Of a stretch of DNA of 64,000 nucleotides, positions 29,784 to 38,850 are shown in pieces (positions within the stretch are counted from its first letter, which is position 1; each line of letters opens with the position of its first letter). The notes beneath the pieces are model-generated. The model saw nothing but the letters and a program-made list of their open reading frames with translations. It did no database searches and was not told the DNA's origin. Origin of the DNA: a virus. The position numbers and the translations under genes were made by a program. The stretch spans positions 32,001 through 96,000 of the IMG/VR virus record IMGVR_UViG_3300022752_003639; one strand, written 5' to 3'.

Positions 29784-32057
29784 ATGATTTCACCAAATAA
29801 AGAACTTGAAGGAGTTTTTGAACAGGCAGTAATAAAAGCTATGAAAATGCATCATGAGTATATCACTTTAGAGCATTTTTTACATTGTTTAATTAATAGT
29901 CAAGAACTTAACAAAATTTTAACTGACTTTGGGGCAGACCTAACTAGTTTAAATAGCGATTTAGATAGATATTTAGAAGAAGAACTATCTAATATTGTCA
30001 ATCTCGAGATACAAAAACCTAGGAAAACTCAAACATTTGACAGAGTATTAAACAAAACATTTACTACAGTTCTTTTTGGCGGAAAAACTGTCATCGAACC
30101 AATAGATTGTTTACTTGCAATATTTACAGAAAAGAAAAGTTATGCTCATTATTTTCTTAAACGAGCAAAAATAGATAAAGATAAATTGATTAACTTTTTA
30201 CAAAAAGAAAATATAAAAGAAGTGGTAGAGGATGAAACAGGTGAAACAAGATTACATCCACACTTAGAAAAACTTCTAAATCAGTTTTGCGTAAATTTGA
30301 CATTAAAAGCTAAAAATAAAAAAATAGATCCTGTTATAGGAAGAGAAAAAGAAATTGAAGAAGTTCAATTAGTGTTGGCAAGACGTAATAAAAGTAACGT
30401 AATTTTAATAGGAGACCCAGGAGTAGGAAAAACTGCTATAGCAGAAGGACTTGCTAAAAATATTGTAGAAGATAATGTTCCCTCTTTTATTAAAGAACAC
30501 AGTGTCTACAGTTTAGATATTAGTTCACTACTTGCCGGTTCAAAATATAGAGGTGATTTTGAAGAAAGATTAAAAACTGTTTTAACTGCCTTAGAAAGAA
30601 AGAAAAATTGTATATTGTTCATAGATGAAGCTCATATGATGAATGGTGCAGGCGCAGCCAGCGGCAACAGCAATGATATGGCTAATATGTTAAAGCCAAT
30701 ACTAACAAAAGGAACTATTAAAGTAGTTGCTAGTACTACATGGGAAGAATTTCGTAAACATTTTGAAAAAGATCGTGCATTGATGAGACGTTTTCAACGT
30801 GTAGTAATTGATGAGCCTAGTGAGGATACTTGTATAAAAATTCTTAAAGGTGTAAAAAAATATTACGAAAAACATCACGGTGTAAAAATTACTAATCAAG
30901 CATTGTTAGATGCAGTAAGTTATTCAGTCAAGTATATTCCTGATAAAAAATTGCCAGACAAAGCATTAGACCTTATTGACTGTGCTTGTGCTCGGTTTAA
31001 GGTAAAAGACGAAGAAAACGGTGTAGTAGACCATGAGGAAATTGTTTTTGAAGTTGCTAAGATAGCAAATCTTCCTATAGAACAGGTAGGTGCTAAAGAA
31101 TCAGTAAATCTTGAAAACTTGGACAAAACACTACGTCAAAAAATCTTTGGGCAAGAAAAGGCCATAGAAAGTTTAGTTGATAAAATCTATATTAGTCAAG
31201 CAGGTCTTAAAGCAGTTGATAAACCTATTGGTAGCTTTTTGTTTGTTGGGCCAACTGGAGTAGGTAAAACTGAAACAGCAAAGCAACTAGCCACTGGGCT
31301 AGGGATTAAACTAATAAGATTTGATATGAGTGAGTTTCAAGAAAAACATTCAGTGGCTAAATTTTTAGGCAGTCCGCCAGGATATGTTGGGTTTGAAGAA
31401 AATGCAGGTCAACTTATTACCAGTCTACAAGAAAATCCTAACTGCGTACTATTGCTCGACGAGGTAGAAAAGGCACATCCCGACGTACTTAGTATCTTAT
31501 TACAACTTATGGATAATGGATTTATAACAGGCAGCAATGGTAAAAAAGCAGATGGACGTAATGCTTTAATTATTATGACTTCAAACTTAGGTGCTGCAGA
31601 TGCTGAACGCAATTCTGTAGGGTTTGGTAGTCTAGAAAGAGACGGCGACCCTAAAGATGCTGTGAACAGATTTTTTGCGCCTGAATTTAGAAACCGTTTA
31701 GATGGTATGGTAAAATTTGGAAAACTTGATAAAATTACCATGGTAAAAATTGTAAACAAATTTATAGATGATCTAAATGTATTAATTAAAGAAAAAAATA
31801 TTCATGTTAGACCTAATTTAGCTGCGACTGATTTCTTAATCGCCAAAGGGTTTAATTCAAAAATGGGAGCTAGACCTTTGTCACGAGCTATTGACGAACA
31901 TATCAAGAAACCCCTTAGTAAAGAAATTCTTTTCGGAAAACTTAATAACGGCGGGCTTGTAGAATTAGATATTATAGATGATAAAATTGTATTCAATATA
32001 TTAGATATAATGCCTGTAAAAACTAAAAAACAAAGCGTTACAACGGAAATTGAATAA
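29784..32057 (+). CDS. clpA: ATP-dependent Clp protease ATPase subunit (ClpA-like)
   Basis: Clp-N domain; two AAA+ modules GDPGVGKT and GPTGVGKT; LFIDEAH; MGARPL; no ClpB middle coil. Confidence 0.9.
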   Translation: MISPNKELEGVFEQAVIKAMKMHHEYITLEHFLHCLINSQELNKILTDFGADLTSLNSDLDRYLEEELSNIVNLEIQKPRKTQTFDRVLNKTFTTVLFGGKTVIEPIDCLLAIFTEKKSYAHYFLKRAKIDKDKLINFLQKENIKEVVEDETGETRLHPHLEKLLNQFCVNLTLKAKNKKIDPVIGREKEIEEVQLVLARRNKSNVILIGDPGVGKTAIAEGLAKNIVEDNVPSFIKEHSVYSLDISSLLAGSKYRGDFEERLKTVLTALERKKNCILFIDEAHMMNGAGAASGNSNDMANMLKPILTKGTIKVVASTTWEEFRKHFEKDRALMRRFQRVVIDEPSEDTCIKILKGVKKYYEKHHGVKITNQALLDAVSYSVKYIPDKKLPDKALDLIDCACARFKVKDEENGVVDHEEIVFEVAKIANLPIEQVGAKESVNLENLDKTLRQKIFGQEKAIESLVDKIYISQAGLKAVDKPIGSFLFVGPTGVGKTETAKQLATGLGIKLIRFDMSEFQEKHSVAKFLGSPPGYVGFEENAGQLITSLQENPNCVLLLDEVEKAHPDVLSILLQLMDNGFITGSNGKKADGRNALIIMTSNLGAADAERNSVGFGSLERDGDPKDAVNRFFAPEFRNRLDGMVKFGKLDKITMVKIVNKFIDDLNVLIKEKNIHVRPNLAATDFLIAKGFNSKMGARPLSRAIDEHIKKPLSKEILFGKLNNGGLVELDIIDDKIVFNILDIMPVKTKKQSVTTEIE

Positions 32058-32103
32058 TAATTCAGTGTAAGGAATAACTCTAGGCTGGCATAAATATCGT
32101 ATT

Positions 32104-32538
32104 ATGCCAGCACAGAGTCAAAATCTAACTTTTACAATAAATTCAACTAGTACGGTATCGGTAAACTACCCGAATACTGGTACAGGTGCCCTTACTCTTT
32201 TGAGCACAAAGGTCAAAGGAGATGGATATTTCAGTGGCAGTGATGGTAATCACACTGTACAAATTCAAACTACAAATTTTCTAGGCAAAATTGACATAGA
32301 AGCTAGTCTAGCGTTCAACCCTGGATCTACTGATTGGTTCCCTGTAACTCTTTACACAAATATTATGAGTGTAGATACAACAGGCCTTATACAAAATGGA
32401 AATACTTCAACACTAGTATATAATACAGCAACATCTGAAATAAAGGCATTTAATTTTGTAGGCAATTACGTTTGGGTTAGAGGTAAAATTCATCAGTTTA
32501 CTTCTGGATCTGTAAATGGCATCAGGTACAATTATTAA
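32104..32538 (+). CDS. putative virion structural protein
   Basis: Thr/Asn-rich beta protein; KGDGYF, FVGNYVWVR; TAAATA at 32091-96. Confidence 0.65.
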   Translation: MPAQSQNLTFTINSTSTVSVNYPNTGTGALTLLSTKVKGDGYFSGSDGNHTVQIQTTNFLGKIDIEASLAFNPGSTDWFPVTLYTNIMSVDTTGLIQNGNTSTLVYNTATSEIKAFNFVGNYVWVRGKIHQFTSGSVNGIRYNY

Positions 32539-32548
32539 GGAACGATAG

Positions 32549-35218
32549 ATGTCAAAGCAAACTATCAATGTAGGATCAGGAGAACTAACTGGAGATGGTG
32601 AAAGTCTACGTTCAGCCTTTCAAAAAATAAACTCAAATTTTACAGAACTTTATGGTGAAAAAATAGGTCCTACAGGCCCAATTGGCCCACAAGGACCTGC
32701 AGGTATCAGTGCAGATCAACTTCTAAACACTACAAACACTGTAAAGTTTGCAAGTTTAACAGTGACCAATAGTCTCGTTGTAGGAGGATTTCCGTTAAAT
32801 GATAAAGGAATTTTCCCTTCAATTTATAGCACTCTGTCAACTACTTTAGTTGTAGGCAATTATAATACAGGTACTGAAGGTGGTTTACTTATAAGAGGTT
32901 ATGGTCAAAATAGAACTCAAGGTACCACTTCAACAAACGGCATACCCTTTATACATTTTGAAAGCAGTAGAGGTTTACCTTCTAACCTGTTACCTGTAAG
33001 TAATACACATGTTTTAGGATCAATTTCAGTAGGGGGATACGACGGTAATAAATGGATTACAGAGTACGATAATAACCCCACTACAAACATTACCCCGACC
33101 GGAGCAATATTTTTTGCAGCATCTGAAAACTGGACTAATAGTTTAGGAACAGGAAGCAATACAGCAACAAACGTTGGCACGAATATAGGTATCAACCTCC
33201 AACCTCCAAATATTAGATTAGATTCTACTTCAAGACAACGTATTTTGCAATTAACTTGGGGAGTTGGAACAAACTCGGCGACAGTAAATTCTCCTCCTAC
33301 TTCTAATCTTATTCTAGGAAATGGTAGCCCTATTACACCAACCTTAGTAGGATCTACCGGATCATTTACTCATACTGGATTTGGAACAACATTCATCCAA
33401 GGTGTTAATTCAAATTTCTATCTTTTTTCTACACCAAACAATGAAGTTGCAACATTTGTAGGAGATATTTCAAACTCAACATTAAATGTAACATCTGTGG
33501 TGTCAGGCAGAATAAGCATTGGTCAAAGAATATTCTCCGTAGCAGCAGGAGCATGGGGATCTGTCTTAGTCGGTACTGTTATTACAGGGTATGGAACAGG
33601 TTCGGGATTAACAGGCACATATACAATAAATCAGAGTCAAACTGTTAGTTCAACAACATTATACTCGGGTCCAGATAATCATACATATAGCAGTAACGGT
33701 TCAACGATAGGACACATTACAGGCAGACGAAGTGGAGTAGCTGGTCGTCGTAATGCATTAAAAACAGGCGACAGAGTCGGGTCCTACACCTTTGCTAGTC
33801 AATTTACTGATAATTCATCAGGATCAGGCTCAGTTGTGTCTGAATTTTCGGTATACATGCTTGAAGATGCTACAGCATCAGCAAGAGGATCTAATTTTCA
33901 ATTAAGAACTGTTACAAGTGGAACAACCATATTATCAACAAGACTCCATTTAGATAGCGATGGACACTCGTACAATTCAAATGTACATATATTCGAAAGT
34001 GTTTCATCTGCTACAATAGCTGTACTTACTACATCATCGGCTAGTTTCAATACTCATGCAATTCCGTACACAGATAATAATTATGACCTAGGTAGTTCAT
34101 CTAATACATGGCGAAATTTATATCTTAACGGTTTAAATATTACAGGTTCAGGATCAGATTTATTAATAAATTCTATGCCTGTTAGTAAAGCAGGTTCGTT
34201 ATCCTACGGAACGTATACTATTGCTATTACTACATCGGGTAGTTTAGTATTTCCAGATGGGACTATACAAGATACAGCCTTCAAGAGCAATTATGACATC
34301 ACAGCAGTATCAGTTTCAACATTAACAAATAAAACTATTAATATACAAACCAGTACAGGCAATGTTTTTCAAATTCAAGGTAATTCACTTACAGCATATT
34401 CAGGATCAGGTAATTCAGTAGCACTGACAGTTAATCCTACATTTAACGCCTTAACCTTAGGAAATTCTTCTCTAATATCTTTAGATGGAGGACTAGGTTC
34501 TCTTTACTGGGCAGGGCAAACAGGAGTTGCTCAAGCTGGTATTAGCATGGCAGGATTTTATAGAACTCTAACAGCTTCGACCAATGCCTTGTTTACTTTT
34601 GGAGCCAGTGGCAATGGCAACATGAGTGTTGGAGTAGAAGGTAGTTTATTTGTAGGAACAAATTTACCAAATAACAACGCAGGATTAAATTCAGATTATG
34701 CAGGATGGTTAGTTGTACAAGCAGGCGGAAAGTTCGGAGGTGATATTAACACACTAGGTGCCGTAAAATTTGATAGCACCGTTACAGGATATATGCAGTT
34801 TGCAGATAATACCATACAAAACACTGCGTTTACTACCAGCCCAACTTTAAATATTCTAAAAATTAACGTAGGCGTACATGAAAACTTTCAATCACAGTCA
34901 GGAGCTACCGGAGTAATTACACATAATTGTTCATTAGGACATGTATTTAGACAAAATCTACCAACTTCTAATTATACTGCTAATTTTATAAATCTCAACC
35001 TTAATACAAGTTATGTCACAGCAGTAAGTGTAGTAATTACACAAGGACCTGTTGCTTATATACCTAATGTTGTTCAAATAGATGGTGTTACTCAAACAAT
35101 AAATTGGCAAGGTACTTATGTACCTGTCCCAAGTCCAAATAGAATCGATGTTGTAACTTTTAGTATTTTTAATAACGGTGGAAGTTATACTGTATTAGGT
35201 CAACTTTCAGGATTCTAA
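32549..35218 (+). CDS. tail fibre/baseplate-associated fibre protein
   Basis: N-terminal INVG..GDGESLRSAFQKINSNFTELY attachment-type motif, short collagen stretch, S/T/G-rich beta repeats. Confidence 0.75.
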   Translation: MSKQTINVGSGELTGDGESLRSAFQKINSNFTELYGEKIGPTGPIGPQGPAGISADQLLNTTNTVKFASLTVTNSLVVGGFPLNDKGIFPSIYSTLSTTLVVGNYNTGTEGGLLIRGYGQNRTQGTTSTNGIPFIHFESSRGLPSNLLPVSNTHVLGSISVGGYDGNKWITEYDNNPTTNITPTGAIFFAASENWTNSLGTGSNTATNVGTNIGINLQPPNIRLDSTSRQRILQLTWGVGTNSATVNSPPTSNLILGNGSPITPTLVGSTGSFTHTGFGTTFIQGVNSNFYLFSTPNNEVATFVGDISNSTLNVTSVVSGRISIGQRIFSVAAGAWGSVLVGTVITGYGTGSGLTGTYTINQSQTVSSTTLYSGPDNHTYSSNGSTIGHITGRRSGVAGRRNALKTGDRVGSYTFASQFTDNSSGSGSVVSEFSVYMLEDATASARGSNFQLRTVTSGTTILSTRLHLDSDGHSYNSNVHIFESVSSATIAVLTTSSASFNTHAIPYTDNNYDLGSSSNTWRNLYLNGLNITGSGSDLLINSMPVSKAGSLSYGTYTIAITTSGSLVFPDGTIQDTAFKSNYDITAVSVSTLTNKTINIQTSTGNVFQIQGNSLTAYSGSGNSVALTVNPTFNALTLGNSSLISLDGGLGSLYWAGQTGVAQAGISMAGFYRTLTASTNALFTFGASGNGNMSVGVEGSLFVGTNLPNNNAGLNSDYAGWLVVQAGGKFGGDINTLGAVKFDSTVTGYMQFADNTIQNTAFTTSPTLNILKINVGVHENFQSQSGATGVITHNCSLGHVFRQNLPTSNYTANFINLNLNTSYVTAVSVVITQGPVAYIPNVVQIDGVTQTINWQGTYVPVPSPNRIDVVTFSIFNNGGSYTVLGQLSGF

Positions 35219-35219
35219 T

Positions 35220-35948
35220 GTGTATAGTAGATTCGTTGCCACAAAAGAATTTGGTAGAGGAAAAACTTCTAACGTAGTCGCATCGGGGTTAGTTTTTTAT
35301 CTAAATGCGAATAACTTATCTAGCTATTCAGGAACTGGTAATGTTTGGAACGATATCAGCGGGCAAGGAAATCATGCTATACTAACTAATGGTCCTGTAT
35401 ACAACTCATTAAATGGTGGCAGTTTTTTATTCGATGGGTTTGATGATATAGCTCCTATAGGTTCAACAAACTTTCCCTATGTAAGTTCACCCTCTACTTT
35501 ATCTGCCTGGGCAAAAACAAATATAATTACTCCTGGGCCAAAATCACCTAGTTCTTTTAGAATAATTGTAAGTTATGGAAGAGCTGTGGAAAATCAGGCT
35601 AGATACATAGGAATTAAAAATAGAGAATTTTATTTTGGTGGGTTTGGTGCCAGTGCTATTTTTTCAGATACTATAGTGCCATTAAATACCTGGTTCAATC
35701 TTACCGGAGTATATGATGGAAGTTATGCCAGTATATATGTAAATGGCGAACTAGTAATAGGTCCAGTTTCAAGATCATGGAGCACAGTGGCGGAAACAGC
35801 CAATGTTGGTAGACAAGTTTATACCGATCCTGCAAACTATGAAAGGTGGGATGGTAACATAGCTCAGGTTATGATTTATAATAGAGCCTTAAATCCAATA
35901 GAAGTCGCTCAAAATTTCAACGTCTATAGATCCACATATGGGCTATAA
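35220..35948 (+). CDS. LamG/concanavalin A-like lectin-domain protein
   Basis: LVFYLNA..SYSGTGNVWNDISG, TWFNLTGVYDG, IYVNG, QVMIYNRAL. Confidence 0.85.
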   Translation: MYSRFVATKEFGRGKTSNVVASGLVFYLNANNLSSYSGTGNVWNDISGQGNHAILTNGPVYNSLNGGSFLFDGFDDIAPIGSTNFPYVSSPSTLSAWAKTNIITPGPKSPSSFRIIVSYGRAVENQARYIGIKNREFYFGGFGASAIFSDTIVPLNTWFNLTGVYDGSYASIYVNGELVIGPVSRSWSTVAETANVGRQVYTDPANYERWDGNIAQVMIYNRALNPIEVAQNFNVYRSTYGL

Positions 35949-35980
35949 TTTCATTAAATAGTATATTAGGAAAAATTATT

Positions 35981-36472
35981 ATGAGAATAATAGATATTTT
36001 AACAGAAGATAACAATTTAAGAACCGGCGATGTTCTAGCTATAGAATGTGATAATGGACTACTTATTGAATCTACCATAGTAGGATTTATGAACGACGGC
36101 GTAGTAATACAAGGAGACTCTGTTATTCTTTCTTATCTAAAATATGAACCTTTTAATGAATCTATCACAAAGTTTACCAGTATGGAACTGGCAGTTATGG
36201 AAGGCGGTGGTGATATTAGTGACTTATCTGAAGCAGAATATCAAGGTCGTAATGTCCCTTTAGGTAAGCCTATGGCGGGAGATGTCAAAAAGTCTAAAGT
36301 CTATGTTAAGGGACCAAGTGGTAGGGTAGTCAAGGTAAATTTCGGCGACAAGAAAATGAAAATTAAAAAGTCTAATCCAAAACGCCGAAAGAGTTTTAGA
36401 GCTCGTCATAATTGCAAAAATCCCGGACCACGTTGGAAAGCACGTTATTGGTCATGTAGGGCATGGGAATAA
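35981..36472 (+). CDS. two-part putative head-internal protein (acidic N-half, basic C-domain)
   Basis: MRIIDILTE N-terminus; EAEYQGR ... RKSFRARHNC ... ARYWSC; TAAATA at 35955-60. Confidence 0.75.
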   Translation: MRIIDILTEDNNLRTGDVLAIECDNGLLIESTIVGFMNDGVVIQGDSVILSYLKYEPFNESITKFTSMELAVMEGGGDISDLSEAEYQGRNVPLGKPMAGDVKKSKVYVKGPSGRVVKVNFGDKKMKIKKSNPKRRKSFRARHNCKNPGPRWKARYWSCRAWE

Positions 36473-36475
36473 ATC

Positions 36476-36832
36476 ATGTTACTTAACGAATTTTTTAATA
36501 ATCCTATAAATTTACATAGAAAAGAAAACCACGAATCGTCTACATATAAAGATGATTTGTTTCATTATATTTTAGATCATGACAAGCTGCATAAAGATTA
36601 TTTTTTTCCAATTGCAAAAAAATTAAAACATTTAAAAGAAAACACAGATAAAAAAATAATAGAAATTTTTATGCCTATGGTTATTAAGGGCTGTAAAGAA
36701 TATTATCATAATCAAAAAATGGAGGGTAGATTAAGTAAATTATTTCCTCAAGAAATGAGAGAGGAGCTTTGTCAACGTCTATACGATCACTACTATGAAG
36801 ACGTTCGTGCGGGCAAATATAGGCTGGGGTGA
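36476..36832 (+). CDS. hypothetical protein
   Basis: MLLNEFF N-terminus; 118 aa. Confidence 0.75.
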   Translation: MLLNEFFNNPINLHRKENHESSTYKDDLFHYILDHDKLHKDYFFPIAKKLKHLKENTDKKIIEIFMPMVIKGCKEYYHNQKMEGRLSKLFPQEMREELCQRLYDHYYEDVRAGKYRLG

Positions 36833-37722
36833 TTATGTTTCTAGCAGAAGGTGGCAATGAATTTAAACTTGCAGATGGTAGCAATGCCACTAAACAGTCA
36901 GCGTCTACGGAAGAAGTAGATGCAGTCTTAGGTGCATTGAGCAAAGAAATAGGCATAGACTTACTGGCCAACGATCTAGAAAACAAACCTAAATATAAAA
37001 CAGGCAGTGCTATATATCCTGGTGCAGAAACAGGTGACGCAGACACACTGTTAGATCCTGTAGAATTTATACCTGTAGATAAAGGTGCCAAACCTAAAGA
37101 TGTGCAGAATCAATTTAGAGAATTTTTAGCCAAAAAACTACAGACAGCAGGTTATGAATTTCTTGAAAAGAAAGCCACAGTAGACCAACCAGGAAGATTC
37201 TATAAGATATCCGGAGATGGACTCACAGCCTGTGTGCAAATACCAGGCACAGAAGAATGGCTACAAGTAGACCTGGACATAGCAGAACCTGGAGAAGGTA
37301 AGTTTTCAGTATGGAGCAAACGTGGTGAACCTAATGAACCTGGCACACCAAAAGACAGTCGTGCCAAAGGTGCCTTTCGTCATATTCTGCTAGCGGCCAT
37401 AGGTAGTAAGTTAATCAGTCCAGAACATCCACAGGGCCTTAGTTGGAGTTTTAAGAATGGCCTATTTGACCGTGCTACCAAACAGGTAGTTAGCAAAGAT
37501 CCTAATGAAGTAGCCAATATCCTATTCGGTGGCAAGGCCAGCGATCTAGACAACATTAATGCCATACTGGCTAAATTTAAACAGACACATCCTAATCACT
37601 ATAATGATGTTGTACAAAATGTCAATGCTGGACTGGAAAAATATAACACACAGTATAGACTAAAAGAAAGTCATGCTGTGGGCACACCTCAATGGTTTAG
37701 GATCGTCCTGGATCTAATATGA
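36829..37722 (+). CDS. Pol-beta-fold nucleotidyltransferase-like protein
   Basis: KTGS ... TGDAD (hGS...DxD) plus third Asp in LQVDL. Confidence 0.55.
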   Translation: MIMFLAEGGNEFKLADGSNATKQSASTEEVDAVLGALSKEIGIDLLANDLENKPKYKTGSAIYPGAETGDADTLLDPVEFIPVDKGAKPKDVQNQFREFLAKKLQTAGYEFLEKKATVDQPGRFYKISGDGLTACVQIPGTEEWLQVDLDIAEPGEGKFSVWSKRGEPNEPGTPKDSRAKGAFRHILLAAIGSKLISPEHPQGLSWSFKNGLFDRATKQVVSKDPNEVANILFGGKASDLDNINAILAKFKQTHPNHYNDVVQNVNAGLEKYNTQYRLKESHAVGTPQWFRIVLDLI

Positions 37723-38849
37723 GAATTAGGGAACTACTAGAAGCGGCAGCAGTTGGTCGCAAATATCAACACATAGAAGACCTTGTGTTTACCAATGGTA
37801 GTCAAGGTGGACTTCATGCCGCAGAACGCCTGCGCAGCATGGCATCAACTGGTGGCACTGTTGAAATTAAGTGGGACGGTAGCCCTGTTGTCTACTGGGG
37901 GCGTGATGAACAAGGTCGCTTTTCAATGATTCCTAAAAATGCCTGGGAATATCTCAAGCGTGGCAAATCAGAAGTTGCCCCAGGTGTTCCTACTGCGATG
38001 TATAGTCCAGATGACATTAAAAAGTTTGTGTTGGGCACAGGCAAAGTAGAACCCGGTCAAGAAAAACAGCGACAGGCCTTTGCCAACAGCATGGCAGAAT
38101 TATGGCCCTACTTTGAAAAAGCCAGTCCACCTCGAGGTTATGTAGAAGGTGGTATACTGTTCAGTCCAGAAAAACCTGCTCAACTAAATTCTAAAACTAT
38201 GGAGTATGACTTTACTCCAAACATTACCAGCTTCCATATTCATAAAGACAGTGAGCTAGGACAGCGTATTTCCAAGGCCAAACTTATGGTAGCTGTTACA
38301 GGTTATTATGATAGTCTAGGCAGTTCAGATGAAGGACGTTTTCCAGATGCAGAAAAACTATCTACACCAGACGTAATTGTTCAAGGCACTACCTATGTGG
38401 CACAGGCACCTGGCATAGATGATACATTAGTAGATCAAGCAGAAGGTTTTATTGAAAAGAACGGTCAACGCATAGATCAATTCCTAGCACCCAAACCAGG
38501 ATTAAGTAAGGTAGGTGATATACTTTACAAATTCTATAACCAAAATCTGCGCATAGAAGGAACAAAACAAAAGTTTAAGGCTTGGGCAGCACAAAATCTC
38601 AGCCAATCGCAAGCTGCAAAGGTTCTAAACGATCCTGGTCTAGAAACTGTGCTAGATGCTGTAGAGTTATTGAGCAAGGCTAAAACAGATCTAATCACTA
38701 AACTAAGTTCAGGAACACATGCAGGTATTAGACAGACTAAACCAGAAGGTTATGTTCAAGCACATCCAGGTGGCAAATTCAAGAGTGATCTACCTGGGCA
38801 ATTTGTCAAGGCCATAGATCAAGCAACATGGGCACCAAGGAAAGACTAA
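37719..38849 (+). CDS. ATP-grasp RNA-ligase-like covalent nucleotidyltransferase (DUF6267-like)
   Basis: Motif I EIKWDG (37869-80), YVEGGIL, motif IV KPEGYV, motif V FVK. Confidence 0.55.
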   Translation: MRIRELLEAAAVGRKYQHIEDLVFTNGSQGGLHAAERLRSMASTGGTVEIKWDGSPVVYWGRDEQGRFSMIPKNAWEYLKRGKSEVAPGVPTAMYSPDDIKKFVLGTGKVEPGQEKQRQAFANSMAELWPYFEKASPPRGYVEGGILFSPEKPAQLNSKTMEYDFTPNITSFHIHKDSELGQRISKAKLMVAVTGYYDSLGSSDEGRFPDAEKLSTPDVIVQGTTYVAQAPGIDDTLVDQAEGFIEKNGQRIDQFLAPKPGLSKVGDILYKFYNQNLRIEGTKQKFKAWAAQNLSQSQAAKVLNDPGLETVLDAVELLSKAKTDLITKLSSGTHAGIRQTKPEGYVQAHPGGKFKSDLPGQFVKAIDQATWAPRKD

Positions 38850-38850
38850 T

